Part shown: positions 38,670 to 46,983 of the stretch, in pieces | Position numbering within the stretch: the first letter of the stretch is position 1 | How the letters are laid out: every line of letters begins with the position of its first letter | From: an uncultured Erysipelotrichaceae bacterium | GTDB taxonomy: Bacteria; Bacillota_I; Bacilli_A; RF39; UBA660 | Length of the DNA stretch: 64,000 bases | NCBI GenBank assembly: GCA_902764545.1 | Contig: CACWWC010000009.1 | Coordinates: 5,540 to 69,539, forward strand | Direction of reading: 5' to 3' | Program-made: the position numbers and the translations under genes | The notes under the pieces: generated by a model | The model's input: the letters and a program-made list of their open reading frames with translations, nothing else | Database searches by the model: none | What the model was told of the DNA's origin: nothing

Positions 38670-40151
38670 ATGAAAGAGGTATGTTTTAAAAATATTATAT
38701 ATGATGATGGTGTTTTAATAGATTGTACATTGAATAATTCAGGTACTTATTCTTTAGGTATTCCAGTAATATCTAAGGAATTTATAGAAATGTATGAAAA
38801 TAATGATTTACGAATTAAAAAAGGTAATACTATCAATGATGCATATGAATATTTTAAAGAGAATCATTTGATGGATGCTAATCTTATTATTATGCCAAAC
38901 AACCAAATAATTTTTAATCTTAATTCAAAATCAGTAATGCCAAAAATAAATGGTGAACCTATTTATATATCTAAATCAGATATTATTAAAGGAAATAATT
39001 ATTGGTATATTGAACTACATGAAGGTAATTCTGTAAAATATGAAAAAACTTACTTAGGGGATAAAAAATATAGAGGTCAAAAATGTGATTATTATTCTTT
39101 CGTTTTAGTAACAGAGTATCAAGTAGATGGTAAAGAAATGCATAAAATCATTCATAGAGATAAAACAAATTATTTGTATAGTGAGTATAATCCTAGTAAA
39201 TTAGACCTGATTATCGACCAAGCAAAAACATTATTGGAATCTCATGACTATAAATTTAAAGATTTTAGTGGAGTTACACCACTTTATAGATTTAATTCTG
39301 AAGATAGCGCATGTGTCTTTATGGATAATAAATCATTAATAACGGGACAAAATGTTGTTACAGTTACAGGAAGTGGTGATGCAATTTTAGATTTATTTAT
39401 GAATGGTGCAAAAAAAATAGTATCATTTGATATTAATTCTATGGCTGCATTTTGGGCAGAATTAAAATTTGTTGCTGCAAAATATCTAAATTATCAAGAT
39501 TATTTAAATTTAATTAATAATCTTAATTATGATATATATAGTAAGATAAGTTATTATTTAAACCCTAATACAAAAAAATTATGGGACGAATTATATAATT
39601 TTTGTGATTTAAGAGAAATAAGAATTGATGGAGAACAATCCAATTTGATATACCACACATCATTTTTAAGTTTTGATTATTCACAAGATAATCTTAATGG
39701 ATACTGCAATGAAGATAATTATTATAGATTACAAAAAATATTAAGTAACAAATCTATTAGTGATGTTAGTTTTGTTACATGTGATATATTTGATTTACCA
39801 AATTCAGCAGATTTAAGCAACTATTCATATGCTTATTTGTCAAATATAATGGATTTTCTTGTAGGTATTGACAAATTAGAAATTGACGAAAGTGCCGTAG
39901 AAAAATTTAAAGATTTTGTTTCTCAATCCTTATTACCATCAATGAAAGAAGATGCCAATATAGATTTGTGTTATATATCTGAAAATTGGCATTTAGGTAA
40001 ATCTAAAAAAATCTATTCTGAAAAATTTTCAGAATATGAAGGATATCGTAAGACACCTTTATCAAATACTAATTGTAAAGCTTGTGTATTATCATTTAGA
40101 TCATATCTAAGAAAAAATTATATACAAAGTACCAGTTCACATAAAAAATAA
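38670..40151 (+). CDS. hypothetical protein (493 aa), possibly with a Rossmann-like nucleotide/SAM-binding segment
   Basis: GGAGG RBS upstream. The VVTVTGSGDAILDLF segment resembles motif I of class I methyltransferases and DUF3419/BtaA-like proteins. Confidence 0.45.
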   Translation: MKEVCFKNIIYDDGVLIDCTLNNSGTYSLGIPVISKEFIEMYENNDLRIKKGNTINDAYEYFKENHLMDANLIIMPNNQIIFNLNSKSVMPKINGEPIYISKSDIIKGNNYWYIELHEGNSVKYEKTYLGDKKYRGQKCDYYSFVLVTEYQVDGKEMHKIIHRDKTNYLYSEYNPSKLDLIIDQAKTLLESHDYKFKDFSGVTPLYRFNSEDSACVFMDNKSLITGQNVVTVTGSGDAILDLFMNGAKKIVSFDINSMAAFWAELKFVAAKYLNYQDYLNLINNLNYDIYSKISYYLNPNTKKLWDELYNFCDLREIRIDGEQSNLIYHTSFLSFDYSQDNLNGYCNEDNYYRLQKILSNKSISDVSFVTCDIFDLPNSADLSNYSYAYLSNIMDFLVGIDKLEIDESAVEKFKDFVSQSLLPSMKEDANIDLCYISENWHLGKSKKIYSEKFSEYEGYRKTPLSNTNCKACVLSFRSYLRKNYIQSTSSHKK

Positions 40152-40191
40152 AAAGAAAAAAATTGAAATCTCTAGGGTTAAAAAAGTTATG

Positions 40192-40222
40192 AACTCCATT
40201 TATAGATGGAGTTATATTTTTA
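40192..40222 (+). terminator. rho-independent terminator (AACTCCAT-TTATAG-ATGGAGTT plus T-run)
   Basis: Perfect 8-bp stem and a T-rich tail downstream of the 493-aa gene. Confidence 0.6.
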
Positions 40223-40450
40223 CTATTATATTAAAGATATATTTTTTTACTATTCATATTTATCTGCGTATAATTAACTGCTTTTATCATTTATAATTTT
40301 ATTTAAATCTTTAATTACTTTATCTAATTTTTTTGACAATTATTATTGTCATTTATTACTAAATGTATTTTTATAAAATAAAAACTTACGAACTTTAATT
40401 AGTCCGTAAGTTGTCTTCAAATGGAGCGGTTGCCGTAGATATCTACAACT

Positions 40451-40848
40451 TTAAAATGATAATATAATCATATTTTCGTCTGGATCTAATATACCAAACT
40501 CAATATTTCCATAGTCTGTGTTTGTCCATTCCATAAAAAATTTTATTTTATTATTTAAAAGCGTGTTATATAAATTTAATAATTCATCTCTATCATCAAA
40601 TTTCAATTTAATTAAGTTACTATTTTTGTTTTCCTTGGATAACTAGGAATTTCTTTACAAACTACCGCATAATTTTCAAACATAATTGAATAATCATCTC
40701 TTCTCATTTTAACCAATGAAATCGGATCACCATCGGTTTCAATAACTTCAAATCCAAGATGTTTATTATAAAAATTAATAGACTTTTCTATATCACTAAC
40801 AGCAAATTCATTTATAATCTCTAAAAGTTTTATATTATTATCCTCCAA
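40451..40848 (-). pseudogene. VOC/glyoxalase-family protein disrupted by a frameshift
   Basis: N-half (40612-40848, …HLGFEVIETDG…) and C-half (40451-40611 in the +1 frame, …EFGILDPDENMIIL) together make a ~130-aa glyoxalase fold. One extra A in the A5 run (plus-strand T5 at 40623-40627) restores a single ORF. Confidence 0.6.
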
Positions 40849-41132
40849 AATTTTTTATATTTATTATATCATTTTTATTATTTTTAGTATATAAATTAGC
40901 AATATTTTGTTTATGACAAAATATTTAACCCCCCTAGGTATTTTGACACAAGTATCAAAATTACCTGTGGGGATTCTTTATTCAAAAAAAATCAGTCGTT
41001 TCAGACTGAAAGTTTATTTAAAGTTCGAAAAAGTTCGAACAGACTTCCCAATAGAGCGATAACTTTACTTATATTCGAAAAATCATACTCCCAAAGTTAT
41101 TTGATTAAATCAACTAAATAAATTATAGCACA

Positions 41133-42050
41133 TTATTTTACTATTATAAAGTCTTTTAAATTTATTTTTGTGGGTTTCATATTTTCTTCGTTATTTGAAT
41201 ATTTAAATCCTGACAAATTAGTTACATACTCTTTTGAATCATAATCGAATGAGAAAGCCATAAAGTCTATCAAGTGATAAGAATCATAATACATAAATAT
41301 ATCGTATGTATTATTAGGTAAGCATGGTATTTTGCATGCTACAATATTATCTGAAGTAACTAGCAATTGACACCCTTCAATATTATTTAAATTTGTTATT
41401 GTATAATGTTTAGAATTTGAAATTATATTAGAAAATTGTGCTAGTTTTATAATATCTTCTTTAGTTAATAATTCTTTTAAAATAGAAATATTATTAAATC
41501 TTTTTTTAGGGTCAAACTTTTTAATTATTTCTTCATAACAATCTTCAATATTTTCGTCTGCATAATATTTAAAGAAAAATGGTATATTTAACAATGTGTC
41601 CAATAATTGCTTTTCTACACCTTCACACATAAGTGTATTTAAAAAACAATCGTATAATTTATAAACATAATCTATTACTTTTCTATCTGACTCAGTTACC
41701 GCAAAGAATGCTTCATTATTCTTATATGTATTCATAAAGATTTCAAAGTTTATAATTTCATTTCTAGATTTATTTATCGTAATGTTTATTTTGTTATTTC
41801 TATCAAATTCTTTTTTTGAAATAAATAGAGATATATTTTTTGAAGAAATGTGAGTAACTATTCCAACTAGTAATGCATCTCCTAAAATATTAAATACTAA
41901 AAAATCCAAATCGTTAAATCCACTAGTAAAAAATAATAAACCATTATAAGACAGTAAGGCAATAATTATGAAGGTTATTATTAAGCCTAATAAAATAATT
42001 TTATATTTATAAGTTTTCAATTTTTCTGTTTTTATTTCAAATATCACCAT
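41133..42050 (-). CDS. hypothetical membrane-anchored protein (305 aa)
   Basis: Two N-terminal TM helices, no recognisable domain. Located in the island-like region. Confidence 0.45.
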   Translation of the reverse strand: MVIFEIKTEKLKTYKYKIILLGLIITFIIIALLSYNGLLFFTSGFNDLDFLVFNILGDALLVGIVTHISSKNISLFISKKEFDRNNKINITINKSRNEIINFEIFMNTYKNNEAFFAVTESDRKVIDYVYKLYDCFLNTLMCEGVEKQLLDTLLNIPFFFKYYADENIEDCYEEIIKKFDPKKRFNNISILKELLTKEDIIKLAQFSNIISNSKHYTITNLNNIEGCQLLVTSDNIVACKIPCLPNNTYDIFMYYDSYHLIDFMAFSFDYDSKEYVTNLSGFKYSNNEENMKPTKINLKDFIIVK

Positions 42051-42147
42051 TTCTAATTAATTTTTAAATATTATACCATTTATTATCTATTAAGTCTTTA
42101 TTATTAGGAAAATAATAGGAAATTTAATAGAAAAATGATAATGAAAT

Positions 42148-42286
42148 CAACAATAACTTTCTTACGACATTTTCTTACGACAAATAATCATATTACTAAA
42201 ACCTTTTACTGACAAAATATTAGGGAATTATAAGAAATTTTAACAACTTTCTTACGACATTTTCTTACGACATTTCTTACGACATG
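42148..42286 (+). repeat. five copies of the 12-mer TTTCTTACGACA in two tandem clusters (2 + 3)
   Basis: CAACTTTCTTACGACATTTTCTTACGACA appears at 42150-42182 and again at 42243-42275, followed by one extra unit. Lies upstream of the 42320 regulator gene. Confidence 0.7.
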
Positions 42287-42319
42287 ATATAATTAGATTA
42301 CAAGAATCAGAAGGTAAAA

Positions 42320-43624
42320 ATGATAGATGTAATTGAAGATGTAAGAAATGAATTTAAAGTTAAATTAACAGATAAGTTTGAAGAAGAAGTTATATCATTT
42401 TTGAATACTAATGGTGGTAATATCTACATTGGTGTTAATGATAAAGGTGATATTGTTGGAATAAATGGTAATATTGATTTATTACAAAGGACTATTAAGG
42501 ATAGAATAAAAGATAATATAATGCCATCAACATTAGGATTATATGATGTTGTTGTATTGGAAGAAAACAATAAAAAATATATTAAAATAATTATTGCTCG
42601 TGGTAGTGATGATCCATATTACATTAAAGGTATGGGAATGACACTAGATAGTTGCTTTATTAGAGTTGGTAGTTCAATACAAAGTATGCCTTATGATATG
42701 ATTAATAATAGAGTTAATAAAAGAACTAGGACATCATTAAGGAATATAGTATCCCCTAAACAAGATTTAACTTTTAGTCAATTAAAAATATATTATGAAG
42801 AAAAAGGTTTTAATATTAATAATAATTTTTTAAAGCAATTAGACTTATATACTGATGATGGTAAATATAATTATAATGCTTATTTACTTGCTGACAATAA
42901 TACAATATCTATTAGATTTGGAAAATATGAAGGAACAAATGCTGTTGATTTAATAGAAAATGAAGATTTTGGTAATTGTTCTATTGTTAAAGCAACAAAG
43001 AATATTTTAAATAAGATAGAAATAGAAAATAGGATATTTACAAAAATAGAATACCCTGAAAGAAAAGAAATTAAAATGTATGATTTTGCCGCAGTAAGAG
43101 AAGCAGTTGTTAATGCAATTGTACATAATGATTGGTCTAACGAATATGCTCCAAAATTTGAAATGTTTAGTGATAAATTAGTAATATCATCAAATGGTGG
43201 TATTCAACCATCTACTACAAAAGAAGAATTTTTAGAGGGATATTCATTACCTAAAAATAAAGAACTAATGAAAGTATTTAATGATTTAGATTTAGTTGAA
43301 CAAATGGGTACAGGTATAATAAGAATACTTCAAAGTTATGATAAAAAATCATTTGAATTTTTTCCTAATTTTATTAGAGTTACATTTCCATTTAATAAAG
43401 ATAAATTTAGAGAAGAAGCAAAAGAAATTACCGAATTAACTGAAACTCAAAAATCTATTATTAATTTAATGTTAGATTCACCAACTATTACACAAGAGGT
43501 GTTGTCAAAACTATTAGGTGTTAATATTAGAACTATTCAAAGAAATATAAAAACACTTATTGAAATGGGATTAATTGAAAGAACTGGTGCTACTAAAAAA
43601 GGTGAATGGATAGTAAAAAAATAA
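42320..43624 (+). CDS. AlbA_2/Schlafen-like putative ATP-dependent DNA-binding regulator with a C-terminal winged HTH
   Basis: N-terminal …EEVISFLNTNGGNIYIGVNDKGDIVGI is the AlbA_2 (divergent AAA-4) signature. A HATPase_c_4-like middle region. The C-terminal TQEVLSKLLGVNIRTIQRNIKTLIEMGLIER is a wHTH. Confidence 0.6.
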   Translation: MIDVIEDVRNEFKVKLTDKFEEEVISFLNTNGGNIYIGVNDKGDIVGINGNIDLLQRTIKDRIKDNIMPSTLGLYDVVVLEENNKKYIKIIIARGSDDPYYIKGMGMTLDSCFIRVGSSIQSMPYDMINNRVNKRTRTSLRNIVSPKQDLTFSQLKIYYEEKGFNINNNFLKQLDLYTDDGKYNYNAYLLADNNTISIRFGKYEGTNAVDLIENEDFGNCSIVKATKNILNKIEIENRIFTKIEYPERKEIKMYDFAAVREAVVNAIVHNDWSNEYAPKFEMFSDKLVISSNGGIQPSTTKEEFLEGYSLPKNKELMKVFNDLDLVEQMGTGIIRILQSYDKKSFEFFPNFIRVTFPFNKDKFREEAKEITELTETQKSIINLMLDSPTITQEVLSKLLGVNIRTIQRNIKTLIEMGLIERTGATKKGEWIVKK

Positions 43625-43701
43625 ACCATTAATATGTTAATTTGTAGAATTATTATAGGATTCATGCTAAAATAAAATAGAAGTAGGAGGAAAAAAATAA
43701 T

Positions 43702-44571
43702 ATGGATAATGATGAAAATATGGATTTAATGCTTAGTGATGAAGAATTAGAAAAGTTAGGTATTTCTTTTCACGAGCCAACACCTGAAGAAATAGAAGAA
43801 AAAAGGATAAATAGAGCAAAAGAATTAGAAAGTAAGGGCTTTTTACCGGAAAATGCTGAACTTAATGAAACCATGTCTAGTCCACAAGAATTAGTTGAAA
43901 CAAATCCGAGAAGATTTATTATTGAGGAATGTATTCCTGCATGTCAAGAATTATGGTCAAAAAATATTTATACTTTTATGGTTAGTGATCATTTAAATGA
44001 GGGGCAATGCTGGATAGAAATAATAGTTGATGGACTTTCAGATGAAAATAAGGAAGTTTTCATGAATTTATCTGGTGATGATGTGATAAAATTTTCATAT
44101 CATAGAGGAACTATTAATTTTGGAGTTAAACTTGTTGGAAAGGAAGGACAGTCAAGATTACTAGAACTAGCACAGCAGTTTCAAATGCAAGATGTTCCTA
44201 TAAATCAATCATATATCTCAATGCAGGATTTTCTATTAGAATATTGTGGTTGCTATGATGAAATACCTAATCCAAATTATATAGAAATGAAACCAGCTTG
44301 GGAAATGGAATTGTCGGTAGAACAGATAGCTGATTATATGCAAAAATATGATGAGTGGCAAGAATCACCAGCAAGCAAAAAAACTTTTAAACAATTTAAT
44401 CCAAATAAACTTACAAAATCTGTAAATGAAGTAGCAGAAGAAAAAGGAATGATTATTGACGGCGATAGAGTTTATTTAAGCAAATTTCATTATAAAAAGC
44501 ATCAAAACTATTTGAATTCATTAGAAAATGTGACAAGTTTGGAGGAAAAAACTGGTCATTCAAAAAAATAA
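43702..44571 (+). CDS. acidic hypothetical protein (289 aa)
   Basis: GGAGG RBS, terminator hairpin downstream at 44584-44620. Confidence 0.5.
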   Translation: MDNDENMDLMLSDEELEKLGISFHEPTPEEIEEKRINRAKELESKGFLPENAELNETMSSPQELVETNPRRFIIEECIPACQELWSKNIYTFMVSDHLNEGQCWIEIIVDGLSDENKEVFMNLSGDDVIKFSYHRGTINFGVKLVGKEGQSRLLELAQQFQMQDVPINQSYISMQDFLLEYCGCYDEIPNPNYIEMKPAWEMELSVEQIADYMQKYDEWQESPASKKTFKQFNPNKLTKSVNEVAEEKGMIIDGDRVYLSKFHYKKHQNYLNSLENVTSLEEKTGHSKK

Positions 44572-44583
44572 TTTAGTTATTAA

Positions 44584-44620
44584 AAATGCTAGATTAAAGT
44601 GTTCTAGCATTTTCTTTTTG
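44584..44620 (+). terminator. rho-independent terminator (AATGCTAGA…TCTAGCATT plus T-run)
   Basis: 9-bp inverted repeat and a T-rich tail after the 289-aa gene. Confidence 0.6.
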
Positions 44621-44905
44621 GATATCTTTATCAAAATTATTAAGATTATTTTGTATGTCTTTGACTCTTTTAGTTATTTCTTTACAATACTTATCATATT
44701 TATAAAGTTCTTTAATTTCATTAATTTCTGCAAGTATTTAAGTTCTTTACTCTGTCTTTATACAAATAAAAGATTTTCTCCTTTCTATAAAGAAAACATT
44801 ATAAAAGTTTTTTCTTTATATTATGTATTACCTTGTCAAGCTAGGTTAGGTTTTATACAATAAAAAACTTACGAACCACTACAGATTCGTAAGATATTTT
44901 TAAAT

Positions 44906-45015
44906 GGAGCGACATTTTGTCATATATACGCAAAATATCACGTTATATAAGGCAATCAAGATTCTCAATTGCTAAATAAAATATAACATATATTATGGAA
45001 AAAGAAAAGAATAGA
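44906..45015 (+). repeat. ~110-bp direct repeat, copy 1
   Basis: About 85% identical to 45371-45480 (GGAGCGACATTTTGTCATATATACGCAAAATATCACGTTA…TCAATTGCTAAAT…AAAAGAAAAG). Contains a TTGCTA-16-TATTAT promoter-like element. Confidence 0.7.
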
Positions 45016-45127
45016 AAATTCATGTGTTCGATTGATTTATACTTGGAATAGTGCTATATTGCAATTAGGAACATTTAGTTGTTGAGTGTCTACCTCTAAT
45101 CTTCTAGAAGAAAGGAGGTTTGATAAG

Positions 45128-45220
45128 ATGAAAACTAAGACTTTTATTATAAGAGTTTTAAAACTCATTTCTATCATTTTATTCCTTCTTATCATTATGA
45201 TAGTAGTAATAAAAAAATGA
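45128..45220 (+). CDS. 30-aa hydrophobic peptide, type I toxin-like (Fst/Hok-like small membrane peptide)
   Basis: Not in the ORF track. AGGAGG RBS 9 nt before the ATG. Peptide MKTKTFIIRVLKLISIILFLLIIMIVVIKK has a single TM and a basic C-terminus. Flanked by the two repeat copies. Confidence 0.45.
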   Translation: MKTKTFIIRVLKLISIILFLLIIMIVVIKK

Positions 45221-45370
45221 CACTCATTCATAGAATAAGTGTCTAAACACATTGGTGGGTAGACATTCAACTCGCAAAAACTGAATGTTCCCATTTTTAT
45301 TTTATGCAAGATTTCTTGCTAGATACATAATAACATAAAAAGGAACTTTTTTCAAGTTCCTTTAATTTTT

Positions 45371-45480
45371 CATGGAGCGACATTTTGTCATATATACGCA
45401 AAATATCACGTTACATAAGGCAATCGACAAACTCAATTGCTAAATGAAATATAACATACATTTTGACAAAAGAAAAGCTC
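45371..45480 (+). repeat. ~110-bp direct repeat, copy 2
   Basis: See copy 1. Preceded by a hairpin (AAAGGAACTT…AAGTTCCTTT) and followed by another (AAGTGGGA…TCCCACTT). Confidence 0.7.
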
Positions 45481-45542
45481 CTAAATTAAAAGTGGGAATT
45501 TGTACTCCCACTTAGCTCGTAATATCTTAATCTTACGATTAT

Positions 45543-45866
45543 TTATATTCTAACTATAAAGAACACAAATCCAATTGTTCCAACAACCATAAATATGATT
45601 CCTACTAATGCAACTTTCTTTCTTCTATCTATTTCATTTTGTTCTTCTTTTGTAATATTCTTTATTGGATATTTTCTTCTATGTAATAGATAAAGAATAA
45701 TTCCCTCTGAACTTTTACCACTTGTTGCAAGTAATCCCATTAATTTTGGATGTTTAATTCCTCTTGCCTTTGCATCTATAACAGTTATTTTATAAATTTG
45801 ATATATTGTTGCAACTACTCCAATAAGATATATCGCTATAAATATTGCTAATAAAATATAATTCAT
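45543..45866 (-). CDS. small membrane protein (107 aa, TM helices at both termini)
   Basis: ORF track. Immediately downstream of the XRE regulator gene. Confidence 0.5.
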   Translation of the reverse strand: MNYILLAIFIAIYLIGVVATIYQIYKITVIDAKARGIKHPKLMGLLATSGKSSEGIILYLLHRRKYPIKNITKEEQNEIDRRKKVALVGIIFMVVGTIGFVFFIVRI

Positions 45867-45874
45867 AATTCCTC

Positions 45875-46282
45875 CTATAATTTTTTAATGATTTGATAAA
45901 ACAAATAAGAAAAACTAATAATAGAAATAGTAAATACTATTACTATAATTGAGATGCTTTCATTTACAGTTATTCCTACTATTACAAATAGAATAATAAC
46001 TAAAATATTTAATAAAATTGCATAAAGTAATTTCTTATTACTTTTTACGACATCTGTGCTATCCTTTAAATATTCCAAAACTTTATTGTCATAACTTAGT
46101 AAGTCATCTAAAGAAATATTAAAGTATTTGCTTATTTTAACTAAAGCATCAATGTCAGGATAAAATTTTCCATTTTCCCAATTAGATATTGTTTGTCTAG
46201 TGACATTTAGTTTTTCTGCTAATTCTTCTTGTGAAAGTTTTGCATTTTTTCTCATTTCAATTATTTTGTTACCTAAATCCAT
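45875..46282 (-). CDS. XRE-family HTH transcriptional regulator with a C-terminal TM segment
   Basis: LSQEELAEKLNVTRQTISNWENG is a Cro/C1-type HTH, followed by a hydrophobic C-terminal helix. Confidence 0.75.
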   Translation of the reverse strand: MDLGNKIIEMRKNAKLSQEELAEKLNVTRQTISNWENGKFYPDIDALVKISKYFNISLDDLLSYDNKVLEYLKDSTDVVKSNKKLLYAILLNILVIILFVIVGITVNESISIIVIVFTISIISFSYLFYQIIKKL

Positions 46283-46442
46283 AATCTTTCTCCTTTCACA
46301 AAAAACTATACATTTTTTATTATTATTTTACTATCAAATATGTTTTACATTTAAAAAATTATAGTAATTATATATAAATTATACCATAAATTTCTACTAT
46401 TGATTTATATCGGAAGTTTACTATTTTATGAGATATTCAAGC

Positions 46443-46469
46443 ATAAAAAAATTAGTCTCACGACTAATT
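46443..46469 (-). terminator. rho-independent terminator after tRNA-Gly
   Basis: ATTAGTC-GTGA-GACTAAT hairpin and T7 run on the minus strand, directly 3' of the tRNA. Confidence 0.6.
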
Positions 46470-46480
46470 GTATTTCTAAA

Positions 46481-46554
46481 TGGAGCGGATGATGGGAATC
46501 GAACCCACGTAGTCAGCTTGGAAGGCTGAGGTTCTACCATTAAACTACATCCGC
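46481..46554 (-). tRNA. tRNA-Gly (anticodon UCC), CCA encoded
   Basis: Minus strand GCGGATGTAGTTTAATGGTAGAACCTCAGCCTTCCAAGCTGACTACGTGGGTTCGATTCCCATCATCCGCTCCA. Cloverleaf with a CUUCCAA anticodon loop. Confidence 0.9.
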
Positions 46555-46596
46555 ATAAATTTTAATCGAATCTTGGATGTCAACATTTTTTTATTA

Positions 46597-46983
46597 TTAA
46601 ATTATTTTTTTTAATACAAAATTCACAATATCACTGTTTACTTCTTGAATTCTTTTATTGTTTTTTAATTCTTCAATACTAAACCATTTATATTCTATAC
46701 CATTTATTTTAAAGGTTTCTAGTGGTAAGTTTTTTTCCAATGTAACTTTGTAAATTATGTGATGGTACAATTTATTTACATGATGTGGAATAGAATATTT
46801 TTGATGTACTATATCATCAAGTAACTCAATATTATTAATTTTATCATTTAGTTTTGTTGATACATATTTTGACAAATCTTCTTTAGTATTTAAAAATAAA
46901 TAACTTTTCCAACGATTATCATAATATTGTAATAATTTATCTTCATTCATAATAACAATTATATAGTGTTTATGTTCTTTCAT
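46597..46983 (-). CDS. hypothetical protein (128 aa), overlaps ispH by 14 nt
   Basis: ORF track, co-operonic with ispH. Confidence 0.45.
   Translation of the reverse strand: MKEHKHYIIVIMNEDKLLQYYDNRWKSYLFLNTKEDLSKYVSTKLNDKINNIELLDDIVHQKYSIPHHVNKLYHHIIYKVTLEKNLPLETFKINGIEYKWFSIEELKNNKRIQEVNSDIVNFVLKKII

Noticed and set aside
44618-44863. ORF-track 81-aa plus-strand ORF (MDIFIKIIKIILYVF…)
   Set aside because: Low-complexity AT-rich translation located between two terminators with no RBS. Probably non-coding.
45037-45309. ORF-track 90-aa minus-strand ORF
   Set aside because: It lies antisense to a strongly RBS-preceded small hydrophobic ORF, its composition follows the opposite-strand codons, and it has no RBS. 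Judged spurious.
40381-46490. The shared motif AAATGGAGCG(G) occurs at the tRNA-Gly 3' end (46481-46490), at 40420-40431 and at the start of both 110-bp repeats. I considered these as att-site duplications of tRNA-integrated elements.
   Set aside because: The shared segment is only 10-11 nt, too short for a convincing att core. The adjoining hairpins are better explained as ordinary rho-independent terminators. No integrase is present.
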